DNA of 64,000 bases from an uncultured Clostridium sp. (GTDB lineage: Bacteria; Bacillota; Clostridia; Ch29), in contig CAZVBE010000011.1 of assembly GCA_964625335.1 (NCBI GenBank), positions 692 through 64,691 of the forward strand, written 5' to 3'. How positions within the stretch are numbered: position 1 is the first letter of the stretch; every line of letters starts with the position of its first letter. This document shows, piece by piece, positions 48,190 to 57,721 of the stretch. Under the pieces are notes generated by a model that had not been told where the DNA came from, searched no databases, and saw nothing but the letters and a program-made list of their open reading frames with translations. Both the position numbers and the translations under genes were made by a program.

Positions 48190-49090
48190 ATGCTAAAAGC
48201 GAGATACGGAATCGAGATTGAGTTTACAGGAATCACAAGAAGCCAGGCAGCAAAAATTGCAGCGGAACATCTTCAGGGCACATACAGCGAAGGCGGTACT
48301 TACTACGACATAAAAAAGGTTACAGCACCGGACGGCAGGGTTTGGAAGTTTATGAGCGACGGTAGCATCAACTACCAAAAGAAACAAGGCGGCAGAAAAG
48401 TTTCCGCAACAAGAGATTACAGCGTGGAACTGGTAAGCCCCATTCTAACCTACCGGGAGGACATTGAAGCCTTGCAGCAACTAGTAAGAAAGCTTCGGAA
48501 GGCCGCAGCCTTTACCAACAACAGCTGCGGAATTCACATTCACCTTGACGGGGTCGACCACACACCAAGAAGCATTAGAAACTTTGTCAACATCATCGCC
48601 AGCAAGAACGACCTTTTTTACAAGGCTTTAAAAATTGCACCACAGAGAATGAACTACTGCAAAAAAAATGGACAGCCTTTTGGTTGAAAAGCTAAACCGC
48701 AAAAAGCCAACAACCACGAGACAAATCGAGGACATTTGGTACGCAGGCTACAGCGAAAACCGAGGCACTCACTACCATAACAGCCGCTATCATTTCCTAA
48801 ACCTCCATAGCTTTTTCACCGGAAACCATACGGTAGAGCTTAGAGGCTTTAACAGCGAACTGCATGCCGGGAAAGTTAGAAGCTACATAGTTCTTGCCCT
48901 AGCCTTAAACAACCAAGCCTTAACGCAAAAATTCGCTTCAGCCAAAAAGCCCCAGGTTGAAAACGAAAAGTTCGCCATGAGAACCTACTTAAACAGAATC
49001 GGCCTTATCGGGGAAGAATTTGCAAACTGCAGAGAGCATTTGACAGCGGCTCTTACTGGCTCAGCAGCTTGGCGGTTTCGGGCAGCCTAA
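48190..49090 (+). pseudogene. Amidoligase (Amidoligase_2/GS-like) gene split by +1 frameshift at A8 homopolymer (48661-48668)
   Basis: The N-terminal half (GIEIEF..., SCGIHIHLDG) runs 48190-48687. The C-terminal half (THYHNSRYHFLNL...TVELRGFN) is in the next frame at 48668-49090. Removing one A restores a single roughly 300-aa ORF. Confidence 0.6.
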
Positions 49091-49121
49091 GCTGCCCTTT
49101 CGGGAAGGAGGATAAGAAGCT

Positions 49122-49565
49122 ATGAATAAGAAACTTTATATCGCCTACGGGTCAAACCTCAATCTACCCCAAATGGCGGGCAGATGCCCCACAGCGAAAG
49201 TTGTCGGGGTAAGTGAAATGACGGATTGGAGGCTTCTTTTTAGGGGCCCCCACGAGGGCGCTGTGGCCACAGTGGAGCCATTTAAAGGCGGTAGGGTTCC
49301 GGTGCTGGTGTGGGAAATAACTGCAGCGGATGAGGCGGCTTTAGACCGCTACGAAGGCTGGCCTTTCCTTTACCGCAAGGAAACAGTGAAGGTTAAGCTA
49401 AACGGAAAGGCTGTGGAAGCCATGGTCTATACTATGAATGAAGGTAGGCCTCTAGGAAAGCCAAGCTTATATTATTACTCAATTATCTTTGATGGCTATC
49501 AGGCTCAAGGCTTTGATGTGGAAATCCTGCGCCGAGCTACTGAAGCATTTGTGGAGGAGAAGTAA
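49122..49565 (+). CDS. Gamma-glutamyl cyclotransferase-like (AIG2/GGCT family) protein
   Basis: The N-terminal LYIAYGSNLNLPQMAGRCP and YEGWP...Y motifs match the GGCT/AIG2-like fold. It is adjacent to the amidoligase, as in phage amidoligase-GGCT cassettes. Confidence 0.7.
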   Translation: MNKKLYIAYGSNLNLPQMAGRCPTAKVVGVSEMTDWRLLFRGPHEGAVATVEPFKGGRVPVLVWEITAADEAALDRYEGWPFLYRKETVKVKLNGKAVEAMVYTMNEGRPLGKPSLYYYSIIFDGYQAQGFDVEILRRATEAFVEEK

Positions 49566-49639
49566 ACAAATACTGGCTATCAGGGATAGTGGCGCTACCA
49601 ATATGTTTGATGTAAGTAGAGTTCAAGGAGGCAAGGCAT

Positions 49640-49849
49640 ATGCAAAAAGGAGATATATTCAAAACAAAAGCCAGTGAGAAGTTTTACCAGATAGTGGGTC
49701 GCTGGGGAGGTAGCTTAGTATTAGCACCTTTTGATGAGGATGACGAGCAGGTTTTAGTTTATTCTGCTTCGGAACTTGAAGAACTAATTGCACTTGGACA
49801 TTTTGTGAAACTGCATCCGACCGGCATCAAAGCAAAAAACAAAAAGTAA
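49640..49849 (+). CDS. Small hypothetical phage protein
   Basis: An RBS AAGGAGG lies upstream. The ORF is 69 aa. Confidence 0.4.
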   Translation: MQKGDIFKTKASEKFYQIVGRWGGSLVLAPFDEDDEQVLVYSASELEELIALGHFVKLHPTGIKAKNKK

Positions 49850-49966
49850 ATCAATCTATAAATAAAACGCAAAATAAAGAGGGCTCCAAAACGGGGGTCC
49901 TTTTTTGTTGTAGGAAAGGAGGCGGCGGTTATTCGGAAACTAAAGAAATACACCCCAACTCGTTTT

Positions 49967-51526
49967 ATGTCGAAAGACTCAGTTTATAATAAGGATGCCG
50001 CCGACTATGCAGTTTCTTTTATACAGGCTCTAAATCATACCAAGGGGACATGGGCAGGAAAACCCTTTGAACTTATAGACTGGCAAGAGCGAATTGTGCG
50101 GGACTTATTTGGCATTTTAAAGCCTAATGGATATAGGCAGTTTAATACTGCTTATGTAGAGATCCCCAAAAAAATGGGGAAAAGCGAGCTCGCTGCAGCT
50201 ATTGCTCTCCTTCTTACTTGCGGTGATGGCGAAGAGCGGGCTGAAGTCTATGGCTGCGCTGCCGATCGAAACCAAGCCTCTATTGTTTTCAATGTAGCGG
50301 CAGACATGGTGAGAATGTGCCCGGCTCTGGCAAAGCGAGTAAAAATACTTGATTCTATGAAGAGGCTTATCTATCAGCCCACAGGCAGTGTATATCAGGT
50401 GCTTTCCGCCGATGTCAAAAACAAGCACGGCTTTAACACTCACGGGGTGGTATTTGATGAGCTTCATACCCAGCCTAATAGAAAGCTATATGACGTTATG
50501 ACCAAAGGTAGCGGAGATGCTCGGATGCAGCCTTTGTATTTTCTTATAACCACTGCGGGGGATAACCAAAATAGTATATGCTGGGAGGTACATCAAAAGG
50601 CAGTAGACATTATAAACGGGAGAAAAAATGATCCTACTTTCTACCCTGTCATTTACGGAGCCACCGTAGAGGATGACTGGACAGACCCAAAAGTGTGGAA
50701 AAAGGCAAACCCCTCTCTTGGAATTACAGTTACTATGGATAAGGTTAAAGCCGCTTTTGAGTCGGCAAAACAAAACCCTGCCGAAGAGAACAGCTTTAGG
50801 CAGCTCCGCCTTAACCAATGGGTAAAACAAGCTGTGCGCTGGATGCCGATGGATAAATGGGATGCCTGTGCATTTAATGTGGACCTGGAAGAACTAAAAG
50901 GCCGGGTTTGCTGTGGCGGGCTAGACCTTTCATCTTCTACTGACATTACAGCCTTCGTGCTAGTTTTCCCTCCGGTAGATGAGGACGATAAATACAGTAT
51001 CCTCCCGTATTTTTGGATTCCGGAGGAAACAATAGATCTTCGTGTCCGGCGGGATCATGTTAATTATGACTTGTGGGAGAGGCAGGGTTTTCTAAAAACT
51101 ACAGAAGGCAATGTTGTTCACTACGGCTTTATAGAATCTTTCATTGAAGAGTTAGGCTTAGACTATAACATTCGTGAAATTGCTTTTGATCGCTGGGGAG
51201 CTGTGCAAATGACCCAAAATCTTGAAGGCATGGGCTTTACTGTCGTTCCCTTCGGTCAAGGATTCAAAGATATGGGCCCTCCGACAAAAGAATTGATGAA
51301 ACTGACATTAGAGGAAAAGATAGCTCATGGTGGTCATCCGGTTCTGCGGTGGATGATGGACAACATTTATGTTAGAACTGACCCGGCGGGCAACATCAAG
51401 CCGGACAAAGAAAAAAGCACCGAGCGCATTGACGGTGCTGTGGCATTGATTATGGCCCTGGATAGGGCGGTTCGAAATGAGAACCGTGGAAGTATCTATG
51501 ATGGGCGGGGGATATTGATTTTATAA
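49967..51526 (+). CDS. Phage terminase large subunit (Terminase_1/PBSX-like)
   Basis: The ATPase Walker A region is EIPKKMGKSEL and Walker B is VVFDELH. A C-terminal RNaseH-like nuclease domain is present. Confidence 0.85.
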   Translation: MSKDSVYNKDAADYAVSFIQALNHTKGTWAGKPFELIDWQERIVRDLFGILKPNGYRQFNTAYVEIPKKMGKSELAAAIALLLTCGDGEERAEVYGCAADRNQASIVFNVAADMVRMCPALAKRVKILDSMKRLIYQPTGSVYQVLSADVKNKHGFNTHGVVFDELHTQPNRKLYDVMTKGSGDARMQPLYFLITTAGDNQNSICWEVHQKAVDIINGRKNDPTFYPVIYGATVEDDWTDPKVWKKANPSLGITVTMDKVKAAFESAKQNPAEENSFRQLRLNQWVKQAVRWMPMDKWDACAFNVDLEELKGRVCCGGLDLSSSTDITAFVLVFPPVDEDDKYSILPYFWIPEETIDLRVRRDHVNYDLWERQGFLKTTEGNVVHYGFIESFIEELGLDYNIREIAFDRWGAVQMTQNLEGMGFTVVPFGQGFKDMGPPTKELMKLTLEEKIAHGGHPVLRWMMDNIYVRTDPAGNIKPDKEKSTERIDGAVALIMALDRAVRNENRGSIYDGRGILIL

Positions 51527-51563
51527 GAGAAAAACAGCGCCTCTGGTTTTTATTAAAAACCTG

Positions 51564-51593
51564 TTGACAAGGAAATACTTTCTGGTTTATAAT
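51564..51593 (+). promoter_or_regulatory. Sigma-70-like promoter of moron cassette
   Basis: TTGACA (51564-69), an approximately 18-nt spacer and TATAAT (51588-93), about 40 nt upstream of ATG 51637. Confidence 0.5.
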
Positions 51594-51636
51594 AATAACC
51601 ACAAGGTTAATATTATAAATAAAGGAGGCGCATTTT

Positions 51637-51996
51637 ATGGCAAGCAGGGTAATTCAAATTTCTTTTAGTGACACAGAGTACGCACATTTGGAAGCTAAAG
51701 CTGAGGCTGAGGGAATGACAATAGCACTTTATATCAAGAACAAAGTACTGGAGGACACTGAATTTAAAAGGTGGTTTCGTGAACTCCTCGAGAGAGTTTC
51801 GCGTATTAAGCCGGGAACACCATTCAATATTAAAATGGTATTGTCCACTGATTGGGCAAGCATCGATCGGGGTGTTCGTCTTGCGATGGGGCGTGCATTC
51901 TACAATTATGTCGTTGCTGGGAAAGTTGAAGGAATTAGTCCTACTCATAAGGATAGCGCTAATGTTCAGTGGTATGAAGCTGGAGGTGCAGAGTAA
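51637..51996 (+). CDS. Moron gene 1: hypothetical protein (possible RHH/DNA-binding N-terminus)
   Basis: It is a 119-aa ORF with an RBS AAGGAGG. It appears AT-richer by eye than the flanking terminase and portal genes. Its stop overlaps the start of moron gene 2 (ATG at 51996). Confidence 0.5.
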   Translation: MASRVIQISFSDTEYAHLEAKAEAEGMTIALYIKNKVLEDTEFKRWFRELLERVSRIKPGTPFNIKMVLSTDWASIDRGVRLAMGRAFYNYVVAGKVEGISPTHKDSANVQWYEAGGAE

Positions 51997-52370
51997 TGTT
52001 GTACTCAGTAGATACCGGAAAATATGTTGAGAAACTTCCTCACAAAAAAGAATTTGATCGTTGGATGAAAAACCTCTCAGCTTCAGACTATCAAAATGTT
52101 ATTGATGCATTAAACCAGAAGGTGGATTTGAGCGATATTAATACATCAAGCTGGATTCCTGGAAATGACTGGACTGGGACGGTATACGAACCACTTTATC
52201 ATGCTTGTGGAAACAACAAAGATGCTTCCGGTTTGTTTTTCGGATTAATTCTCTTTGACTTATTGATGCGCAGAGAATACGCTGTGTGGGGTTTTGGGCG
52301 ATATGAAAAAGATGGCATTCCAATTCGAGGAACAACTTATTTCTTGCTAAATAACCCGCCAGCACGATAA
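51996..52370 (+). CDS. Moron gene 2: hypothetical protein
   Basis: It is a 124-aa ORF coupled to gene 1. An intrinsic terminator follows. Confidence 0.5.
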   Translation: MLYSVDTGKYVEKLPHKKEFDRWMKNLSASDYQNVIDALNQKVDLSDINTSSWIPGNDWTGTVYEPLYHACGNNKDASGLFFGLILFDLLMRREYAVWGFGRYEKDGIPIRGTTYFLLNNPPAR

Positions 52371-52387
52371 ACATAATAAACCACTGA

Positions 52388-52416
52388 ACCGCTTCGTGAG
52401 ATGAAGCGGTTTTTTC
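52388..52416 (+). terminator. Rho-independent terminator ending moron cassette
   Basis: The hairpin is accgcttcgtgagatgaagcggt followed by TTTTT. Confidence 0.7.
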
Positions 52417-52441
52417 ATGCCCAAAATTAGGAGGAACGCCT

Positions 52442-53653
52442 ATGAGAATACCCTTTTTATCAAGAATATTTCGTTCCCGGGCCAGTCCGGAGAACAGTCT
52501 CTGGGGGAGTGCCTACAGTTTTTTCTTTGGTACCACCCCCAGTGGTAAAACAGTCAATGAAAGAACGGCCATGCAGACCACAGCAGTTTATGCTTGCGTG
52601 AGAGTGTTGGCGGAGGCGATCGCCTCGCTGCCGCTTCATACCTACCAGTATACAGATAAAGGCAAGGAAAAAGCCCTGGACCATAACCTTTACTATCTTC
52701 TGCATAGCGAACCTAACCCTGAGATGACTTCATTTGTGTTCCGGGAAACACTGATGGGTCATCTTTTACTTTGGGGAAATGCCTATGCTCAGATTATTCG
52801 GGATGGCCGGGGGAAAGTGGTCGCACTATACCCGCTCCTACCGGACAAGATGACGGTGGATCGCACTGAAAGAGGGGAACTCTTTTACCTCTACAACAAG
52901 GAAGGGATTAATTATTCTCTGCGTAGTGATGAAGTCCTTCACATACCCGGTCTGGGTTTTGACGGGCTGGTGGGCTATTCCCCCATCGCTATGGCCAAGA
53001 ATGCCATCGGCATGGCCATTGCCACCGAGGAGTATGGGGCGAAGTTTTTTGCCAATGGGGCAAATCCCGGCGGCGTGTTGGAACATCCGGGTGTGGTCAA
53101 GGATCCCTCGAAAATTCGGGAGAGCTGGAATGCGGTATACCAGGGAAGCGGTAACGCCCACCGGATTGCGGTGCTGGAAGAAGGAATGAAATTTCAAAGT
53201 ATCGGCATCCCGCCGGAACAGGCTCAGTTTCTGGAAACCCGGAAATTTCAGCTGAATGAAATCGCCCGGATATTTCGGGTGCCGCCCCATATGGTGGGTG
53301 ACCTGGAACGATCAAGTTTCTCCAACATCGAACAGCAATCACTGGAGTTTGTCATGTACACGCTGGACCCGTGGGTGATCCGGTGGGAACAGGCCATTCA
53401 AAGAGCCTTGTTTTCAGCTACAGAGAAAAAAGCATATTTTGTGAAATTCAATGTAAATGGTCTGCTGCGGGGCGATTACCAGAGCCGGATGCAGGGTTAT
53501 GCAGTGGGTCGGCAAAACGGATGGCTCTCCGCTGATGATATTCGGGAACTGGAAGACATGAACAAGCTGCCGGAGGGCAGTGGCGGCAGTACCTATCTGG
53601 TGAACGGCAATATGGTGGATATTGGCCATGCAGGCACCTGGGTCAACAAATAG
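52442..53653 (+). CDS. Phage portal protein, HK97 family
   Basis: The conserved portal core GNAYAQII, GYSPIAMA and LNEIARIFRVPPHM is present. The gene order is TerL-portal-protease-capsid. Confidence 0.85.
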   Translation: MRIPFLSRIFRSRASPENSLWGSAYSFFFGTTPSGKTVNERTAMQTTAVYACVRVLAEAIASLPLHTYQYTDKGKEKALDHNLYYLLHSEPNPEMTSFVFRETLMGHLLLWGNAYAQIIRDGRGKVVALYPLLPDKMTVDRTERGELFYLYNKEGINYSLRSDEVLHIPGLGFDGLVGYSPIAMAKNAIGMAIATEEYGAKFFANGANPGGVLEHPGVVKDPSKIRESWNAVYQGSGNAHRIAVLEEGMKFQSIGIPPEQAQFLETRKFQLNEIARIFRVPPHMVGDLERSSFSNIEQQSLEFVMYTLDPWVIRWEQAIQRALFSATEKKAYFVKFNVNGLLRGDYQSRMQGYAVGRQNGWLSADDIRELEDMNKLPEGSGGSTYLVNGNMVDIGHAGTWVNK

Positions 53654-53676
53654 CAGATGGAACGGAGGGATAACGT

Positions 53677-54417
53677 GTGAAGAAACGATTTTGGAATTGG
53701 AGCGAAGATGAATCGGGCCGGATCCTATATCTGGACGGTTACATCGCAGAAGACAGCTGGTTTGACGATGACATTACCCCCAAGCAGTTCAAGGCCGAAC
53801 TGGACGGAGCCAGGGACAACCTAATCATCTTTTTAAATTCTCCGGGAGGTGACGTGTTTGCGGCCAGTCAGATCTATACCATGGTGAAGGAGTACCCCGG
53901 GAAAGTGACGGTCAAAATTGACGGGGTGGCGGCCAGTGCGGCGTCGGTGATCGCCATGGCTGCCGATGAAGTGTTCATGTCCCCGGTGGCCATGATGATG
54001 ATCCATAATCCAGCCACTGTGGTTTTCGGGGAAGTGACGGATCTGCAAAGCGGTATTGCCATGCTCTCTGAGGTAAAGGAAAGCATTGTGAACGCCTATG
54101 AGCAGAAAACAGGTTTACCCAGAAGCCGAATCTCCCACATGATGGATGCTGAAACCTGGATGAGTGCGGGGAAGGCGGTGGAACTGGGATTTGCCGATAA
54201 AGTGCTGTATGAAACAGAAATACCCACCATGGAGTCGCCCAGTGCGGCTTTTTTGTTTGACAAGGTAACGGTAACCAACGCCCTCATGAAAAAGCTGCCT
54301 CTGAAACAATCAGCAAAGAAGGCAGCGAGTGAAAAAACGGATGATGCCACACCCATCATTCAGCTGGAAAAGCGGCTGAACCTATTAAAAATTTACAATT
54401 GGAGGAATGAAAGATGA
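53677..54417 (+). CDS. Prohead (head maturation) protease, ClpP-like S14 family
   Basis: NSPGGDVFAASQIY, the Ser nucleophile region GVAASAASVIAMA and MMMIHNP are present. Confidence 0.85.
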   Translation: MKKRFWNWSEDESGRILYLDGYIAEDSWFDDDITPKQFKAELDGARDNLIIFLNSPGGDVFAASQIYTMVKEYPGKVTVKIDGVAASAASVIAMAADEVFMSPVAMMMIHNPATVVFGEVTDLQSGIAMLSEVKESIVNAYEQKTGLPRSRISHMMDAETWMSAGKAVELGFADKVLYETEIPTMESPSAAFLFDKVTVTNALMKKLPLKQSAKKAASEKTDDATPIIQLEKRLNLLKIYNWRNER

Positions 54418-55610
54418 GCAAGATTTTAGAACTGCGGGAAAAACGAGCGAAACTGTGGGAGGATACCAAGGCTTTTCTGGACAGCAAACGAACAGACAGC
54501 GGGTTGTTATCCGCAGAAGACACCGCCACCTATGAAAAAATGGAAGCGGATGTGGTGAGCCTGGGAAAGGAAATCGACCGCCTTGAGCGTCAGGCTGCCA
54601 TGGATCTGGAACTTTCCAGGCCTGTCAGTGCAGCGATTAAAACCACGCCGGGTGTCGCCCTGGAGGATGAGAAAAAAGGGCGGGCTTCCAATGAGTACCG
54701 GCAGGCTTTCTGGAAAGCCATGCGACACAAGAATCATTATGAGGTGCAGAACAGCCTGAGAATCGGTGAAGATACCGAAGGCGGCTATCTGGTCCCGGAC
54801 GAATTTGAACGAACCCTGATTGAAGCCCTGGAAGAAGAGAACATTTTCAGAACTCTGGCCAAAGTGATCACCACTTCCAGTGGTGACCGAAAGATCCCGG
54901 TAGTCGCTACGAAAGGCACCGCTGCCTGGGTGGATGAAGAAGCCCCCATTCCAGAGTCGGATGATACCTTTACTCAAGTTTCCATCGGAGCTTATAAACT
55001 GGCCACCCTGATCAAGGTATCGGAAGAACTCTTAAACGACAGCGTGTTTAATCTTGAAAGTTATATTGCCAAGGAATTTGCCAGACGGATTGGTGCCAAA
55101 GAAGAGGAAGCTTTCTTCACAGGGGACGGGGACGGAAAACCCACCGGGATTTTCAACGCCACCGGCGGTGCTGAAGTGGGAGTTACCGCTGCCTCCGCAA
55201 CCGCCATCACAGCGGATGAGCTGATGGACCTCTTTTATTCCCTGCGCTCTCCCTACCGCAAAAAAGCGGTGTTTGTCACGAACGACGGAACGATAAAAGC
55301 CATTCGGAAACTGAAAGACGGGAACGGTCAATATCTCTGGCAGCCTTCCATTGCAGCAGGCCAGCCGGACACCATTTTGAACCGTCCGGTGAAAACCTCT
55401 GCCTTTGTCCCCACCATTGAAGCGGCGGCTAAAACCATCGCGTTTGGAGACTTTGGTTACTATTGGGTGGCCGACCGGCAGGGCCGCTCCTTCCAGCGTC
55501 TGAACGAGCTCTTTGCAGTAACCGGACAGGTTGGCTTTAAAGGCACCCAACGGGTGGACGGCAAACTGATTCTGCCGGAAGCTATCAAAGTGCTGCAGCA
55601 GAAGGTGTAA
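54414..55610 (+). CDS. Major capsid protein, HK97 family (with N-terminal delta/scaffold-like coiled coil)
   Basis: An N-terminal coiled coil is followed by the HK97-fold core. It overlaps the protease stop by 4 nt. Confidence 0.85.
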   Translation: MSKILELREKRAKLWEDTKAFLDSKRTDSGLLSAEDTATYEKMEADVVSLGKEIDRLERQAAMDLELSRPVSAAIKTTPGVALEDEKKGRASNEYRQAFWKAMRHKNHYEVQNSLRIGEDTEGGYLVPDEFERTLIEALEEENIFRTLAKVITTSSGDRKIPVVATKGTAAWVDEEAPIPESDDTFTQVSIGAYKLATLIKVSEELLNDSVFNLESYIAKEFARRIGAKEEEAFFTGDGDGKPTGIFNATGGAEVGVTAASATAITADELMDLFYSLRSPYRKKAVFVTNDGTIKAIRKLKDGNGQYLWQPSIAAGQPDTILNRPVKTSAFVPTIEAAAKTIAFGDFGYYWVADRQGRSFQRLNELFAVTGQVGFKGTQRVDGKLILPEAIKVLQQKV

Positions 55611-55666
55611 CGAACAAAACTGGCGGGCAGTTGCAGATTGACTGCCCGTCCAATTAAGAAGGAGGG

Positions 55667-56362
55667 ATGATTCCTATGGGTTACAACACAAAGAACTACA
55701 CGGAGCAGGGCGGTGAAAAAACAGTAATTGGTGGAGAACTGAAAATAGGCAGCCAAGGAAAGGTTACTTTTGGTGGAACCACTATGAAGCCTGCTGCTTG
55801 TCAGCCAGATAGCACAGCCAGCACTGTTGCTGCCCTAAAAGATGAGGTCAATGCACTTCTGGCAAAACTGCAGGATGCCGGACTCATGGAAAGAGCCATG
55901 ATTGTGCTGGAAGAAGACAGTGAAACGGACAACAAAATCAATACACTGACCACTTACTCCAATGTGAGCAGTTTTTCTGATGCGTGGGTAACTGATGCCA
56001 TCATTATCTCAACAGAACTGATTCCGGCTGGTACTAAAGTGACCATAAATAATCCAGCTATTGGAGGAGAGCCTTACACCATCGAATCTCCAACACGTAT
56101 CCTCTGGCTAAGCGATGTTATCAAAGGGCAAAACGAAGCGGCTCCCACCCGGACTAAACTTAACGAGCACACCACCCAGGCCTTTGATTTTACCGTCAGT
56201 GGCCTGGCAGAAGAGTTAACCACCGACATGGAGTTTAAAGTGGTGATTTCTGATAAAGCAGACCTTGCAGGAACCCATCAAAGCGAGCAGGACTTTGGGG
56301 ATTATGTGATCCTCACTAAAAACACCTTGGCTGAAGTGACCTTTGCAGCAGAAGAAGACTAA
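55667..56362 (+). CDS. Hypothetical phage head-associated protein
   Basis: It sits between the capsid and connector genes and has an RBS AAGGAGG. It is acidic. Confidence 0.45.
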   Translation: MIPMGYNTKNYTEQGGEKTVIGGELKIGSQGKVTFGGTTMKPAACQPDSTASTVAALKDEVNALLAKLQDAGLMERAMIVLEEDSETDNKINTLTTYSNVSSFSDAWVTDAIIISTELIPAGTKVTINNPAIGGEPYTIESPTRILWLSDVIKGQNEAAPTRTKLNEHTTQAFDFTVSGLAEELTTDMEFKVVISDKADLAGTHQSEQDFGDYVILTKNTLAEVTFAAEED

Positions 56363-56391
56363 AATCAGTGTAGATGGAGGTGGGGGCAGTC

Positions 56392-56688
56392 ATGACCTTA
56401 GAAGAAGTGAAGTTGTACCTGCGTATTGACGGAAATGAGGAAGATGCCCTCATCATCCGTCTCATGGAAACAGCCCAGGAACTGTGTGAAAGTATCCTCC
56501 GGTATCCCTTAAGCGAACTGGAAATCGTCCCGCCGGTGGTGAACCAGGCCATGTTTTATGCGGTGGCCAACCTCTACGAAAAACGGGAAGGAACCCACCG
56601 TCATCTGAAAAATGACAGCAGCGGCATGGCAGAAACCCTGCAGGTGATGGCCTTGATCCTGGGGCCTTACCGAAAAGAAAGCTGGTGA
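56392..56688 (+). CDS. Phage gp6-like head-tail connector protein
   Basis: LEEVKLYLRIDGNEEDALIIRLMETAQELCESIL is typical of gp6-like connectors. Confidence 0.7.
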   Translation: MTLEEVKLYLRIDGNEEDALIIRLMETAQELCESILRYPLSELEIVPPVVNQAMFYAVANLYEKREGTHRHLKNDSSGMAETLQVMALILGPYRKESW

Positions 56689-56695
56689 TGCGGCC

Positions 56696-57022
56696 ATGGA
56701 AATTGGGGAACTGCGGCACCGCATTACACTGCAGGAACCGGAGACACTGGTCAGCGAGGGCGGGGTCGAGGAGACCTCATGGAAGGATGTGGCCACTGTC
56801 TGGGCTAAAGCGGAACACCTGCGGGGCCGGGAATACTATGCCGCTGCTGCCATCCAGGCAGAAAACACTGTCGTCTTCACCATCAGGTTTATGCCAGGCA
56901 TCCACACCCGGCACCGAATCCGGTTTCGGGATCAGTTCTATCACATCATGACCGTAGACAATGTGAAATACCAGAGACGTTATCTGGTTCTTCGAGCCCA
57001 GGAGGTGAGCCGGGGTGGCTAA
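56696..57022 (+). CDS. Phage head closure / head-tail adaptor protein
   Basis: ELRHRITLQ...VWAKAEHLRGREYYAAAAIQAENTVVFTIRF is typical of head-tail joining proteins. Confidence 0.7.
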   Translation: MEIGELRHRITLQEPETLVSEGGVEETSWKDVATVWAKAEHLRGREYYAAAAIQAENTVVFTIRFMPGIHTRHRIRFRDQFYHIMTVDNVKYQRRYLVLRAQEVSRGG

Positions 57023-57398
57023 GATTGAACTGGAAGGAATGCAGGAACTGCTGGACAATCTGCAACAGCTGGGTCAAAAAGCAACGCGTATTGAAAACCA
57101 GGCTCTGATCAAAGCGGCAGAACCCATCTTAACGGATGCCGTCCAGAACGCACCGGAAAAGACGGGGAAGGGGAAGCGGGGTTTAAAGATCAGCCGACCC
57201 CGGAAACAGGGGGAAGAGAAGTATGTCTTGGTGGGAATTGATCGGGGGGACATCTCCGAAATTTTCTATATGAAGTTCCACGAATTTGGTACTTCCAAGA
57301 TGAAAGCCCGCCCGTTCCTGGGACCGGCCTATGAAAAGAATAGAAACAAAGCTGTGGAGATTATCCGGGATGAGATAAGACGGGGGTTGAGGTTATGA
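57015..57398 (+). CDS. HK97 gp10 family phage protein
   Basis: The signature FHEFGTSKMKARPFLGPA is present. Confidence 0.7.
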   Translation: MAKIELEGMQELLDNLQQLGQKATRIENQALIKAAEPILTDAVQNAPEKTGKGKRGLKISRPRKQGEEKYVLVGIDRGDISEIFYMKFHEFGTSKMKARPFLGPAYEKNRNKAVEIIRDEIRRGLRL

Positions 57399-57721
57399 GT
57401 GTAAACACGAAGGTCATGGAAACGCTGTCGGATTTGGGCATTCCAGTCCGGTTTCAGCATTATTCCGGCACCGAAAGCCCCTATCTTACTTTTTTTAACT
57501 ACCTGGAAACGGGAGAACTTCATGCAGACGATGAGGAGCAACTCACCGGTGTTTACATTCAGCTGGATCTATGGAGTGAAGGGGATTATGCCGAACTGGT
57601 ATCCCAGATCCATCAGCGGATGACGGAAGCCGGGTTTCTTAGGCGAAGTTTTAATGATTTGTATGAGCCAAATACCAACATGCATCACAAGGTGATGCGC
57701 TATTACAAGGAGGTGGGCTAA
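57395..57721 (+). CDS. Putative tail terminator/tail-completion protein
   Basis: The assignment rests on position between gp10-like and the major tail gene and on size (108 aa). Confidence 0.45.
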   Translation: MSVNTKVMETLSDLGIPVRFQHYSGTESPYLTFFNYLETGELHADDEEQLTGVYIQLDLWSEGDYAELVSQIHQRMTEAGFLRRSFNDLYEPNTNMHHKVMRYYKEVG

